From NCBI GenBank assembly GCA_964447415.1, contig CAYUSN010000003.1, positions 5,418 to 69,417 of the forward strand: a DNA stretch of 64,000 bases, given 5' to 3'. Source of the stretch: an uncultured Candidatus Saccharibacteria bacterium (GTDB taxonomy: Bacteria > Patescibacteriota > Minisyncoccia > Phycocordibacterales > EsbW-18). The position numbers and the translations under genes are program-made. This document shows, in pieces, positions 28,678-37,289 of the stretch (position 1 is the first letter of the stretch; each line of letters starts with the position of its first letter). A model generated the notes under the pieces. The model had not been told where the DNA came from, searched no databases, and worked only from the letters and a program-made list of their open reading frames with translations.

Positions 28678-29369
28678 TTTTCGTCCTTTACCCTGAGTAT
28701 TTTAGCAGTATTTTTTGATTTTTGAATGGTCACCGCGTCGCCTTCGGAGAGCGTAAAAAACGCCTCCTGGTTGTCGGCGTAACAAAACGCCGGTCCTCGG
28801 GTAATGATAAACGAAAGTGTTGCGTGTTCTGAGACAACGATGTGGTCGGTCTGTTCGGTGCTGTTATTAAACGCCAGTCCGATGCCCGATTCAAAAATAC
28901 TGTCGGTGACGGAACGGTAGTATCCCGTTGCACCCAGAGAGGTCGCGCACACCACACCGTCTCCGATTACTTCTTCGTGAATCTTCCGTCCGTCAATTGA
29001 GACGCTGTAGCGGATGGCATGGCGGGGGTCAGCGTTGTGAATAATGGCATCGTTGAGCGCCTCGGCGGTTCCCGACGGTGTCTCGATGCGCAATTTCAGG
29101 AGTTCTTTGATGTCGTATGCACCGCCGAAAAAAGATTTCAGCACGTATTCGTTTGAGTGTTCGTGCGCAAGTTTTGCAACCTTGCTGTTTCGGAGAAAAA
29201 GTTTCGGTACGCCGGGGCGTTGGTGCTCGGCACGCATGAGTGTTCCGTCGCCGCCGAAGGCGATGACACATTCGGGGTGTTCTGTGACGACGGAAAACTC
29301 CTCCGCAAACGGCGCGAGGAGTTTTTCGAGTTTTTCATTATCCGTACTGACAAGCGAAATCTTCTTCAT
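28665..29369 (-). CDS. ppnK: NAD kinase
   Basis: GGDGT, ALND, GDG...TSLGATGY. Confidence 0.88.
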   Translation of the reverse strand: MKKISLVSTDNEKLEKLLAPFAEEFSVVTEHPECVIAFGGDGTLMRAEHQRPGVPKLFLRNSKVAKLAHEHSNEYVLKSFFGGAYDIKELLKLRIETPSGTAEALNDAIIHNADPRHAIRYSVSIDGRKIHEEVIGDGVVCATSLGATGYYRSVTDSIFESGIGLAFNNSTEQTDHIVVSEHATLSFIITRGPAFCYADNQEAFFTLSEGDAVTIQKSKNTAKILRVKDEKGLS

Positions 29370-29371
29370 TG

Positions 29372-29442
29372 TCGGGCTGCTGGGAATCGAACCCAGTCTA
29401 CACGCACCCGAAGCGTGCGTACTACCGGTATACGACAGCCCG
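29372..29442 (-). tRNA. tRNA-Pro(CGG)
   Basis: CGGGCTG/CAGCCCG acceptor stem, anticodon CGG. Confidence 0.93.
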
Positions 29443-29443
29443 G

Positions 29444-29516
29444 TGGACCCGACCGGATTCGAACCGGTGACCTCCTCATTGCAAATGAGGCGCTCTACCA
29501 ACTAAGCTACGGGCCC
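29444..29516 (-). tRNA. tRNA-Ala(TGC)
   Basis: Cloverleaf, G3:U70 pair, anticodon TGC. Confidence 0.95.
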
Positions 29517-29586
29517 GTAGCGGAAATTAGGATACCATACAATCCTTTAAAAGAAAGGCTTTTTATGGCAGTATAGTTCTGTCTTC

Positions 29587-29660
29587 GGGCGATTAGCTCA
29601 GTTGGTTAGAGCGTTCGCTTCACACGCGAAAGGTCACAGGTTCGAATCCTGTATCGCCCA
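29587..29660 (+). tRNA. tRNA-Val(CAC)
   Basis: GGGCGAT/ATCGCCC acceptor stem, anticodon CAC. Confidence 0.95.
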
Positions 29661-29776
29661 CAGTAAATGCGTAGCATTTACGCGTGGATTCGAAAGTCGG
29701 AGCGCGACGGCGCGAGACGAGGTCGCGAAGATTTTCAACAGAAAATCATTCGTGACCGAATCCTGTATCGCCCACA
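29643..29776 (+). repeat. 20-bp duplication of the tRNA-Val 3' end flanking a 94-bp structured insert
   Basis: CGAATCCTGTATCGCCCACA at 29643-29662 and 29757-29776. Confidence 0.9.
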
Positions 29777-29777
29777 C

Positions 29778-30308
29778 ATGAACACTGAACTTCTCTTTAT
29801 ACTCAACGGTATTCTCGGCAACTCCGCTCTGCTCGACGGGGTCGTGCTTTTTTTCGCTAAATACTACATCTACGCCATTGCACTCATTGCGGCAGTTACG
29901 TGGTACCGAGACATCTGGAAAGAATCGCTGTCTGAGTTCTGGCAGGACACAAAGGCGCTCATTGCGGCTGTTGTCGGCGCCGAAGCGCTCACGCTCCTTA
30001 TCCGCTTTTTCTACGACAGCCCCCGCCCGCTGTGGGAGCTTGATATTCCCTACCTGTTTGAAAAAACGTCCAATTCGTTTCCTTCGGGGCATACGATGTT
30101 TGCGTTCTCGCTTGCAACCGCGATGTACTTCTTCGGCAACAAAAAAATCGCCTACATGCTGTACGCGTCAGGATTCTTCATCGGCATCGCGCGCGTCGCA
30201 GCCGGCGTACACTATCCGACCGATATTCTCGGCGGCATTGTTTTAGGAACCGCCGTCGGATATGCGGCGCACTACTTTTTCAATCCGCGGGACAAATCAA
30301 GCACGTGA
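29778..30308 (+). CDS. PAP2 family phosphatase (undecaprenyl-PP phosphatase-like)
   Basis: RP, SFPSGH, RVAAGVHYPTD. Confidence 0.9.
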   Translation: MNTELLFILNGILGNSALLDGVVLFFAKYYIYAIALIAAVTWYRDIWKESLSEFWQDTKALIAAVVGAEALTLLIRFFYDSPRPLWELDIPYLFEKTSNSFPSGHTMFAFSLATAMYFFGNKKIAYMLYASGFFIGIARVAAGVHYPTDILGGIVLGTAVGYAAHYFFNPRDKSST

Positions 30309-31174
30309 TCCAAAAAGTGCGGGAGCGGAATGCCGACTGCATCAAGTGAGTGCCGCAGCGGGGCGCCGTCGTGCAATACGGGCGCCGTTTTTGTTTCTAT
30401 GAGATAGATGCCGCGCGGTGATACCACAAGCTCAGACAGCGAATAGTGGCGTGCGCCCAGGCTTCGGTGTGCGCGCCGTGCCGTGTTCCATATTTCTTCA
30501 CGTTCCGCACCTGACAGCCGCGCGACAGAACCTGATTCCTGAACCGGTGATGTGGCATACACGTCTTCCCCGCGCATTCCCTCAACAGTCAGCACAAACA
30601 CAATTGTTCCTGGCACGTGCGCCTCAATAAAAACAACCGGGTGGTCCGCTGAGTACTTTTCAACGGCACGCTCCAGTGCATCATAAGAGCCGACGTGTTC
30701 TTTCGGCGACGTCGTCCACACCGAACCGACGTTTACCGGTTGCGGAAATGTGCGAAACAGTTCAAAAACATGTTCCCGCTTGTGTGTGCGCGCGTCAAAG
30801 TGCGTTGACAGCGGCATGCGGATGCCGTGTTCAACAAGACGTTTTCTGCCGTGCAGACGATGTGCGGAAACCGCGGACGCCAAGGGTTCCGAGCCGGTGT
30901 ACGGGATGCCAAGATTTTCAAGTGTGTGCTGGATGTCTCCCGCGGCGTGTTCTCCAAGGAGCGCATTCCATGCAACATCTATGTGCTTGAGCGCACGGTC
31001 AGGCGTAAGCGGATACCCGCCCACATGCCATTCTCCGCCTCGGTCTATAAAAATATCGATGGGATCGTACTTTTCGCGCGGCAGTGCCGAGAGTACCGTT
31101 TTTCCCGTTGTAAGCGACGCATCATACCCGCTCCCTACTCCCCCGCGCAGCACGCCGACTCGAGTTTTTTGCAT
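30272..31174 (-). CDS. D-alanine--D-alanine ligase-like ATP-grasp protein, divergent
   Basis: Ddl-like N-terminus (VGVLRGG...SL.TG; IPYTGS) with eroded catalytic motifs. Confidence 0.7.
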   Translation of the reverse strand: MQKTRVGVLRGGVGSGYDASLTTGKTVLSALPREKYDPIDIFIDRGGEWHVGGYPLTPDRALKHIDVAWNALLGEHAAGDIQHTLENLGIPYTGSEPLASAVSAHRLHGRKRLVEHGIRMPLSTHFDARTHKREHVFELFRTFPQPVNVGSVWTTSPKEHVGSYDALERAVEKYSADHPVVFIEAHVPGTIVFVLTVEGMRGEDVYATSPVQESGSVARLSGAEREEIWNTARRAHRSLGARHYSLSELVVSPRGIYLIETKTAPVLHDGAPLRHSLDAVGIPLPHFLDHVLDLSRGLKK

Positions 31175-31191
31175 GGATTCAGTATAGCAAA

Positions 31192-32397
31192 TCAGAATCG
31201 TGAGCGTTTTGCGCGGTGTTTGGAAAGCGAAAAACGGTGTGCTTCGGCATTTGCAAGCAGTATGGCGACTTCGTTCCCCGTTATGTGTTCCCTGCTCCCC
31301 AAAATTCTCTCCGGTCGGTGCCGTTCATTCTTGGTAACCGCAACAACGGGAATCTGATAGCCGAATTCTGTAAGCACTTTCTCAGCGGTGTTTTTCTGCG
31401 CTACGCCGCCATCCACCACAATGAGTCTCGGCAACGGCCATTCAAGATGGCCGAGACGCCGTTCAAGAATTTCCCGCAGCGCCGCCGTATCCCCTACCCC
31501 CGCACTTTTGATATTGAAGGTGCGGTATTCTTTTCGATTTGCCTCCCCATTTTCCACGACCGCCATTACGCCCACACGGTTTGTCTCTCCGATGTGCGCC
31601 ACATCATATGCCTCTATTCTGTTTTCGGATTTCGGGTTTCGAGTTTCGGATTTTAACAACGCGACATCGTTGATGTGTTTGAGCGCAAACAGTTCGCGTT
31701 TGAGCTCGGCGGCGCGCTCAAATTTTTTTTCTTTTACCGTTATTTTCATGTCGCGCTCAAGCGCACGCAACAGTTCTTTTTTCTTACCTTCAAAAAACAA
31801 AGTCACGTGCCACACCGTGCGGGCATATTCTTTTTTTCCGATAACTGAAACATCCGGTGCAAGTCCGATTTCCTGATAGAGACGCGATTTCCGTTTTTCA
31901 TCCGTAAGCGGCGCGTCGTTTTTACCGCGAAACGGGAAAATCCTGCGCACGAGCTTGAGCGCTTCCTGCAACTGTCCTCCTTGTGTAAACGGGCCGAATA
32001 TTTTTTTGTAGTGGGCGATGCCACCCGTTGCAAGCTCGCGCTGTCGCACGGTAAATACTCTCGGATAGTCCTCGTTCGTCACAACCACATAATTAAAACT
32101 CTTGTCATCCTTTTCAATCGCGTTGTAGTGCGGCTGATGCTTTTTGATAAGCGCCGCTTCAAGAATAAGCGCCTCGAGCACCGAGTCGGTTTGCTGATAC
32201 GAGACACCTGTTGCTTCGGTAAGCATTTTGACAATACGCGGTCCTCTGGTATCGCCGATATCGGATGAAAAATAGCTGCGCACACGGTCGCGGAGCGATG
32301 TGGCTTTGCCGATATACAAAATCCGCGCCCTCTTCTTGAAAAAATAGACGCCGGGAGCATCCGGAAGCCGTTTTATTTTGGCGACAGACACAGTCAT
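31192..32397 (-). CDS. uvrC: Excinuclease ABC subunit C (short form)
   Basis: GIY-YIG (PGVY...YIGKA), UVR motif FERAA, IEAYD, VDGG. Confidence 0.9.
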   Translation of the reverse strand: MTVSVAKIKRLPDAPGVYFFKKRARILYIGKATSLRDRVRSYFSSDIGDTRGPRIVKMLTEATGVSYQQTDSVLEALILEAALIKKHQPHYNAIEKDDKSFNYVVVTNEDYPRVFTVRQRELATGGIAHYKKIFGPFTQGGQLQEALKLVRRIFPFRGKNDAPLTDEKRKSRLYQEIGLAPDVSVIGKKEYARTVWHVTLFFEGKKKELLRALERDMKITVKEKKFERAAELKRELFALKHINDVALLKSETRNPKSENRIEAYDVAHIGETNRVGVMAVVENGEANRKEYRTFNIKSAGVGDTAALREILERRLGHLEWPLPRLIVVDGGVAQKNTAEKVLTEFGYQIPVVAVTKNERHRPERILGSREHITGNEVAILLANAEAHRFSLSKHRAKRSRF

Positions 32398-32439
32398 GCG
32401 GCTATGGTATCATGCGCCCCAGAGAACGGAGGAATCCTT

Positions 32440-32622
32440 ATGGAAAGACGTTGCCGTACGTGCGGTTTGCCGATTACCAATACGGCATATATCCTCGAAC
32501 GGAATTCGGTCTGGCACATTGCGTGCTATGAACATGAAGAGGAGCGCTGGGTTCATTTCAGGCCCGCGACAGAAGACCGGTATGTCGGAAGACCTTTTCC
32601 GAAGGATGAGGAGGATGATTAG
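32440..32622 (+). CDS. Small zinc-finger protein (C-x2-C-x17-H-x2-C)
   Basis: SD GGAGG; CRTC...WHIAC; followed by a hairpin. Confidence 0.55.
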   Translation: MERRCRTCGLPITNTAYILERNSVWHIACYEHEEERWVHFRPATEDRYVGRPFPKDEEDD

Positions 32623-32650
32623 TGCCCGCCGGCGTATCGTTGGCGGGCAC
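32622..32650. terminator. Hairpin between convergent genes
   Basis: GTGCCCGCC...GGCGGGCAC. Confidence 0.65.
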
Positions 32651-32654
32651 CCTG

Positions 32655-33629
32655 TTATCTTTTGCCTGCAAGCTCCGTTTCAATCTTTTTCTTCTCATCC
32701 AGTTTTTTACGCAAGTCTGTGTCTATCCGTTTGAGGCGCTGTGCACGGTCTTCGGCCTTAAACTGCGATACGCGAGCTGTGTGCTGTGCGGTGACCGCCT
32801 CTCGAGATTCTTTCTGCGTCGCGGCTGCCGCCTTCTGCTCTTCCTGTGTAAACAACATCAGTTTTGCTTCTATTGCTTTCTCTTCCTGTTTTGTTTTCAA
32901 AAGTTTTTCCTTTGTTTCCTCCGCGTCGTGCCTTTGCTGTGCGTCCGTTTGCGCATACTGAGAACGCTCGGAGGCACCTAACATCTCCTCTGTCGCTATC
33001 ATCTGCTCTTCACGTGCCGTTGTTTGTTCTTCTACCTGTGCGCGTTTTAGCTCCGCTTCCACGCGTACAATGTCGCGGCGCAAATCCTCCAGTTTCTTTG
33101 CCAAATCCTGTACCTGTTTTTTTGCTTTCTCGTGTTTTTGCTCGATTGCTTTTTCTTTATCTGCGGTACGGCGGGCGCCGGCGGTGTGCATCGCGGCTTT
33201 CTGCGATGCGGTGCGTTGTTTTTGTTCAAGCTCACGCGTGTGTGTTGTCAGCAGCTCCTCTTCCCGCTTCAGTTTTGCCAACTCATCCCTAAGTTTTTTT
33301 TCTTCAGCTTCTGAAGTTTGCGCTATCGTTTTGTTTTTCCGCTCGTCGTTTTTTGCACGTTCAATGACGCTTTTTGCCTCATGCGCCTGACGGGTAAAGA
33401 GTTCTTCTTCATGTGCAAGCGTTTGTTTTTCCTGTTCCAGATGATGAATATCCTGCTCAAGTTTCGAGAGCTCCATGCGCAATATCTGCGCCCGCTGGCG
33501 CCACCTTGCTTCTTCGTTGCGCCTCTGCACTTCAAGCGCCTGTTTTGTTTCCGCCTCCGCTTCACGGCGGAGTTTTTCTTTATTTCTCGGATCCGTCGGA
33601 TCGAACGGGTTTATGGGTGAAAGCGTCAT
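32655..33629 (-). CDS. Long coiled-coil hypothetical protein
   Basis: About 324 aa, E/K/Q/A/R-rich; start overlaps the uvrA 3' end. Confidence 0.75.
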   Translation of the reverse strand: MTLSPINPFDPTDPRNKEKLRREAEAETKQALEVQRRNEEARWRQRAQILRMELSKLEQDIHHLEQEKQTLAHEEELFTRQAHEAKSVIERAKNDERKNKTIAQTSEAEEKKLRDELAKLKREEELLTTHTRELEQKQRTASQKAAMHTAGARRTADKEKAIEQKHEKAKKQVQDLAKKLEDLRRDIVRVEAELKRAQVEEQTTAREEQMIATEEMLGASERSQYAQTDAQQRHDAEETKEKLLKTKQEEKAIEAKLMLFTQEEQKAAAATQKESREAVTAQHTARVSQFKAEDRAQRLKRIDTDLRKKLDEKKKIETELAGKR

Positions 33630-36285
33630 AGGTAGTTTTTGTTTTTCGGAGCATTTTACGCACGTAGTGTCCGGTGTGCGTGTCCGTCCCCGCAATCTCT
33701 TCGGGCGTGCCGGTTGCCATAAGCTTGCCGCCGCCCACACCGCCCTCGGGACCGATATCTATAATGTAGTCCGCGTTCTTCACAATGTCGAGGTTGTGTT
33801 CGATGAGCATCACCGTATTACCGCGGTTAACGAGCATCTGCAGAATCTCAATGAGCTTGCGCACATCTTCGTAGTGCAGTCCGATGGTCGGCTCATCAAG
33901 CAGGTAGATGGTTTTCTGCACATGCTGACGGTAGAGCTCCGATGAAATCTTCACTCGCTGTGACTCACCTCCGGAGAGCGTGGTTGCCGATTGTCCGAGC
34001 GTGAGGTACCCGAGACCCACATCAAACAGCGTCTGCAGACGATCGTGGATTGCGGGAATGTCGTTGAAAAATGCGAGCGCCTCTTCCACCGTCATGGAAA
34101 GCACATCGTGAATATTTTTCCCGCGGTATTCAATCTCCAGCGTCTCTTTCATAAACCGCTTGCCGTGACAGACATCACACGTCACGTACACCGTCGGCAA
34201 AAAATGCATCTCCACCGCAATTTCTCCCTTTCCTTCGCATGCCTCACACCGTCCGCCCTTCACGTTGAACGAAAAACGGCTCGCCTTCCACCCACGCGCA
34301 CGCGCCTCAGCGGTCGCCGCAAACATGTCACGAATGTGCGTAAACGCGCCCGTGTACGTTGCGGGGTTGGAACGGGAGGTCCGTCCGATGGGCGACTGAT
34401 CAATTAAAATAGTGCGCGAAACATATTCGGAGCCCGTGAATGACGCACAGTTAAACGTCTGTGCGGAGCGGTACTTGCGCTCGAGGCGCGCCTGCAGATT
34501 TTTGTGGAGAATTTCGTACATAAACGACGACTTCCCCGAACCGGACACGCCGGTCACCACGATGAACTTATTCATCGGAATATCCACGTTGAGATTTTTG
34601 ATGTTGAACGCGTTGCCGCCGCGGATTTTAATGCTCCCCTTGTCCGCCGTGCGGCGCTTTTCCGGCACCGGAATTTCTTTTTCGCCGCGCAGATACGACA
34701 GTGTGAGTGATTTACCTTTCACCGGCGGCTCTTTCGCGGTAAGCAGTTCTTCAAGGTCACCGGCAACGACAATTTTTCCGCCGTGCACGCCCGCACCCGG
34801 ACCGATGTCTACGATGTAGTCGGACGACAGCACGGTATCCTCGTCGTGCTCAACCACAATAATCGTGTTGCCGAGATCACGGAGATTGTGGAGCGTTTTA
34901 ACAAGGCGGTCATTATCGCGCGAGTGCAATCCGATGGTGGGTTCATCCAGCACATACAGCGCACCGACCAGTCCCGAGCCGAGCTGGGATGCAAGCCGTA
35001 TGCGCTGTGCCTCACCGCCGGAGAGCGTATGTGCACGCCGGTCAAGTGTGAGGTACCCGATACCGACATCAAGCATGAATTTGAGCCGGTCGATAATTTC
35101 GCGCACCACCACTTTTGAAATTTCTTTCTCTTTATCGGTCAAATCCAACTCGTTGAAAAAGACATGCGCATTTTCCACGGACAACGCCGCCACTTCCACG
35201 ATATTTTTTCCCTGAATACGCACATGAAGTGCTTCAGTCCGCAAGCGCGCACCGTTGCACGCCGTACACGCTTCGTTGATAAAGAAATCCTGCGTGCCGA
35301 GTCCGTTGCACTCCGGGCATGCGCCGTACGGCGAGTTAAATGAAAAAAGACGCGGTTCGATTTCAGGGTACGAGTACCCGTCGTTCGGACACGAAAACTT
35401 CGAGGACATCAGCGTGCCGATATCATTCGTTCCTTTTTTTGAAAATGCATCTGAGTCGGAAAACACAATGCGCGTGAGACCGTTTGCCTCATGGAGTGAA
35501 CGCTCCAGCGCTTCACGGAGCCGCTCCACCGCGCCGTCGTGCCCGTCAACGAAGTCGGCAACCGTGATGCGATCAATAAGTATGTCAATGTCGTGTTTTT
35601 TATGTTTCTCAAGAATAATCTGTTCACGGAGTTTTTTGTGTGCCCCGTCCACCAACACCTCGCTGTACCCGCGGTTCAAAAAATCATACAGCTGCTGGTA
35701 GTATTCCCCTTTTCGTCCGCGCACAATCGGCGCATACAGCGCAATCGTCGGCGCATCCTTCGCATCTTTCACCGCTTCCTGCAAATCTTTTTGCGCGCGC
35801 GGTTTCATTCCTTTTGTTTTTACACGCACACGTTCGAGGATAAATTCCTGAATCTCTTCGTTGGTGAGGCGCCGAATCGGTTCTCCGCACACCAGACAGT
35901 GCGGCGTGCCGATGCGCGCATAGAGAATACGGAGATAATCGTAGATTTCGGTAATAGTTGCGACCGTTGAGCGCGGATTATTGGAACGTGATTTCTGGTC
36001 AATGGAAATTGCGGGTGAGAGCCCGATAATTTCATCCACATCCGGTTTGGGCATCTGTGAGATGAATTGCCGTGCATATGCAGAGAGCGACTCCACATAC
36101 CGGCGCTGGCCTTCGGCAAAAATAGTGTCAAACGCCAAAGACGACTTTCCCGAACCGGAAAGCCCCGTAAACACCACCATTTTGCCTCTCGGCATCTCCA
36201 CGGTGATGTCCTTCAAGTTATGAGTTCGGGCACCTTTTACAATGATGAAGTCCTCCTCTTTTTTGTTTTTGTCAGACTTGTTCAT
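33580..36285 (-). CDS. uvrA: Excinuclease ABC subunit A
   Basis: Two GxSGSGKS Walker A motifs, LSGGE signatures, zinc fingers. Confidence 0.98.
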   Translation of the reverse strand: MNKSDKNKKEEDFIIVKGARTHNLKDITVEMPRGKMVVFTGLSGSGKSSLAFDTIFAEGQRRYVESLSAYARQFISQMPKPDVDEIIGLSPAISIDQKSRSNNPRSTVATITEIYDYLRILYARIGTPHCLVCGEPIRRLTNEEIQEFILERVRVKTKGMKPRAQKDLQEAVKDAKDAPTIALYAPIVRGRKGEYYQQLYDFLNRGYSEVLVDGAHKKLREQIILEKHKKHDIDILIDRITVADFVDGHDGAVERLREALERSLHEANGLTRIVFSDSDAFSKKGTNDIGTLMSSKFSCPNDGYSYPEIEPRLFSFNSPYGACPECNGLGTQDFFINEACTACNGARLRTEALHVRIQGKNIVEVAALSVENAHVFFNELDLTDKEKEISKVVVREIIDRLKFMLDVGIGYLTLDRRAHTLSGGEAQRIRLASQLGSGLVGALYVLDEPTIGLHSRDNDRLVKTLHNLRDLGNTIIVVEHDEDTVLSSDYIVDIGPGAGVHGGKIVVAGDLEELLTAKEPPVKGKSLTLSYLRGEKEIPVPEKRRTADKGSIKIRGGNAFNIKNLNVDIPMNKFIVVTGVSGSGKSSFMYEILHKNLQARLERKYRSAQTFNCASFTGSEYVSRTILIDQSPIGRTSRSNPATYTGAFTHIRDMFAATAEARARGWKASRFSFNVKGGRCEACEGKGEIAVEMHFLPTVYVTCDVCHGKRFMKETLEIEYRGKNIHDVLSMTVEEALAFFNDIPAIHDRLQTLFDVGLGYLTLGQSATTLSGGESQRVKISSELYRQHVQKTIYLLDEPTIGLHYEDVRKLIEILQMLVNRGNTVMLIEHNLDIVKNADYIIDIGPEGGVGGGKLMATGTPEEIAGTDTHTGHYVRKMLRKTKTTYDAFTHKPVRSDGSEK

Positions 36286-36390
36286 AAAAATCCGAAATCC
36301 GAATATCAAAATCCGAGACAATATCGAATGTGTAAAACATTAGAATTTTTAATTTGTTTCGGGCTTTGTTTTTCGATATTCGTTTTTTCA
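36286..36390. repeat. Degenerate AAATCCG heptamer repeat with an inverted partner
   Basis: aaaatccgaaatccgaatatcaaaatccga ... tttcgggctttgttttcgatattcg. Confidence 0.6.
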
Positions 36391-36479
36391 TCCATATACG
36401 CCGAATCGCCCCGGGGGTTGCCCTAGGGGTTGGTGTAGAGGAGTATAGCGCACGTACAGCACTTCTAAAAGCGGGAAAA

Positions 36480-36511
36480 GAAAAAGCGGCGGGCCGAGAC
36501 CGCCGCTTTTT
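36480..36511. terminator. Terminator downstream of the GNAT gene
   Basis: AAAAAGCGGCGG...CCGCCGCTTTTT. Confidence 0.8.
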
Positions 36512-36514
36512 GAG

Positions 36515-37081
36515 TTACACCGCGTTGTACGCACGCCACTTCGCCGCGAAATCTTTCTTCGTGAGCACAAAGAGGATTTCGTCGTGGTACTTCCCTTCAC
36601 GGAAGAACCACTTCGGGTACACACCGACTTGGCGGTACCCTTGCTTGAGAAGCGCCTTGTGGCTCCGTACGTTGTACGCGATGACCGAGGAACGGATGGC
36701 ACGGAGGTTCATACGGTGAAACGCGAAGAAAAGCAGTTGCATCTTCGCGTCCGTCCCATACCCCTTCCCCCAGTACTGCTTCTCCCCGATCATCGCGCCC
36801 GTGAGCGCAGTGCGGTTTATCCAGTTGATGCGATGAAGACCGACGGACCCGATGGGCACACCTTCCAAGGTCTCGATGACCAGAAAGATATCCTCCTCGC
36901 TCTGGGACAGGCGATCGAGGGATGCCGTTTCCATCGGTTCCGTCATGGGATGCCACATCGTGAGAAAGCGCGTGAGCTCCGGATCGTTGACCCAACGGAG
37001 CATGAGCGGAAGATCCGTATCTTTTTGATACGGGCGCAGGATGACCTTCTTCCCGCGCAGGAACACCGGTTTGTTTTCCAT
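36515..37081 (-). CDS. GNAT acetyltransferase, RimJ/RimL family
   Basis: VILRP, YWGKGYGT, N.RS...LKQGY; SD AAAGGGG. Confidence 0.9.
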   Translation of the reverse strand: MENKPVFLRGKKVILRPYQKDTDLPLMLRWVNDPELTRFLTMWHPMTEPMETASLDRLSQSEEDIFLVIETLEGVPIGSVGLHRINWINRTALTGAMIGEKQYWGKGYGTDAKMQLLFFAFHRMNLRAIRSSVIAYNVRSHKALLKQGYRQVGVYPKWFFREGKYHDEILFVLTKKDFAAKWRAYNAV

Positions 37082-37121
37082 CTGATTCCCCTTTCATTTT
37101 TTGGTTGTGAAAGAACACGCT

Positions 37122-37279
37122 AAACAAAAATCTCGGCTTTTGTTCAGCCGAGATTTCTCATTACGTAACTGAAGAGAAATAAGCACTCACGGCCGAACAC
37201 AAGGAAAAACGCCCCACACGCCCATTGAGAGCGCGCAGAAGTGTTTATCGATATTCGGCTGTGTGTATGCTGTATGCAT
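37122..37279 (-). promoter_or_regulatory. Putative leader-peptide transcription attenuator
   Basis: 30-codon leader ORF 37279-37187; alternative 1:2, 2:3 and 3:4 pairings; terminator AAATCTCGGC...GCCGAGATTTTT. Confidence 0.65.
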
Positions 37280-37289
37280 AACAGACTGA

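Noticed and set aside
29370-29501. N-terminal extension of NAD kinase
   Set aside because: It is a translation of two tRNA genes
29643-29776. Intact integrative element at tRNA-Val
   Set aside because: Only 94 bp lie between the repeats, with no coding capacity; kept as a miniature element
36391-36450. GC-rich hairpin upstream of uvrA as a riboswitch or SOS operator
   Set aside because: No match to a motif I recognise; insufficient support
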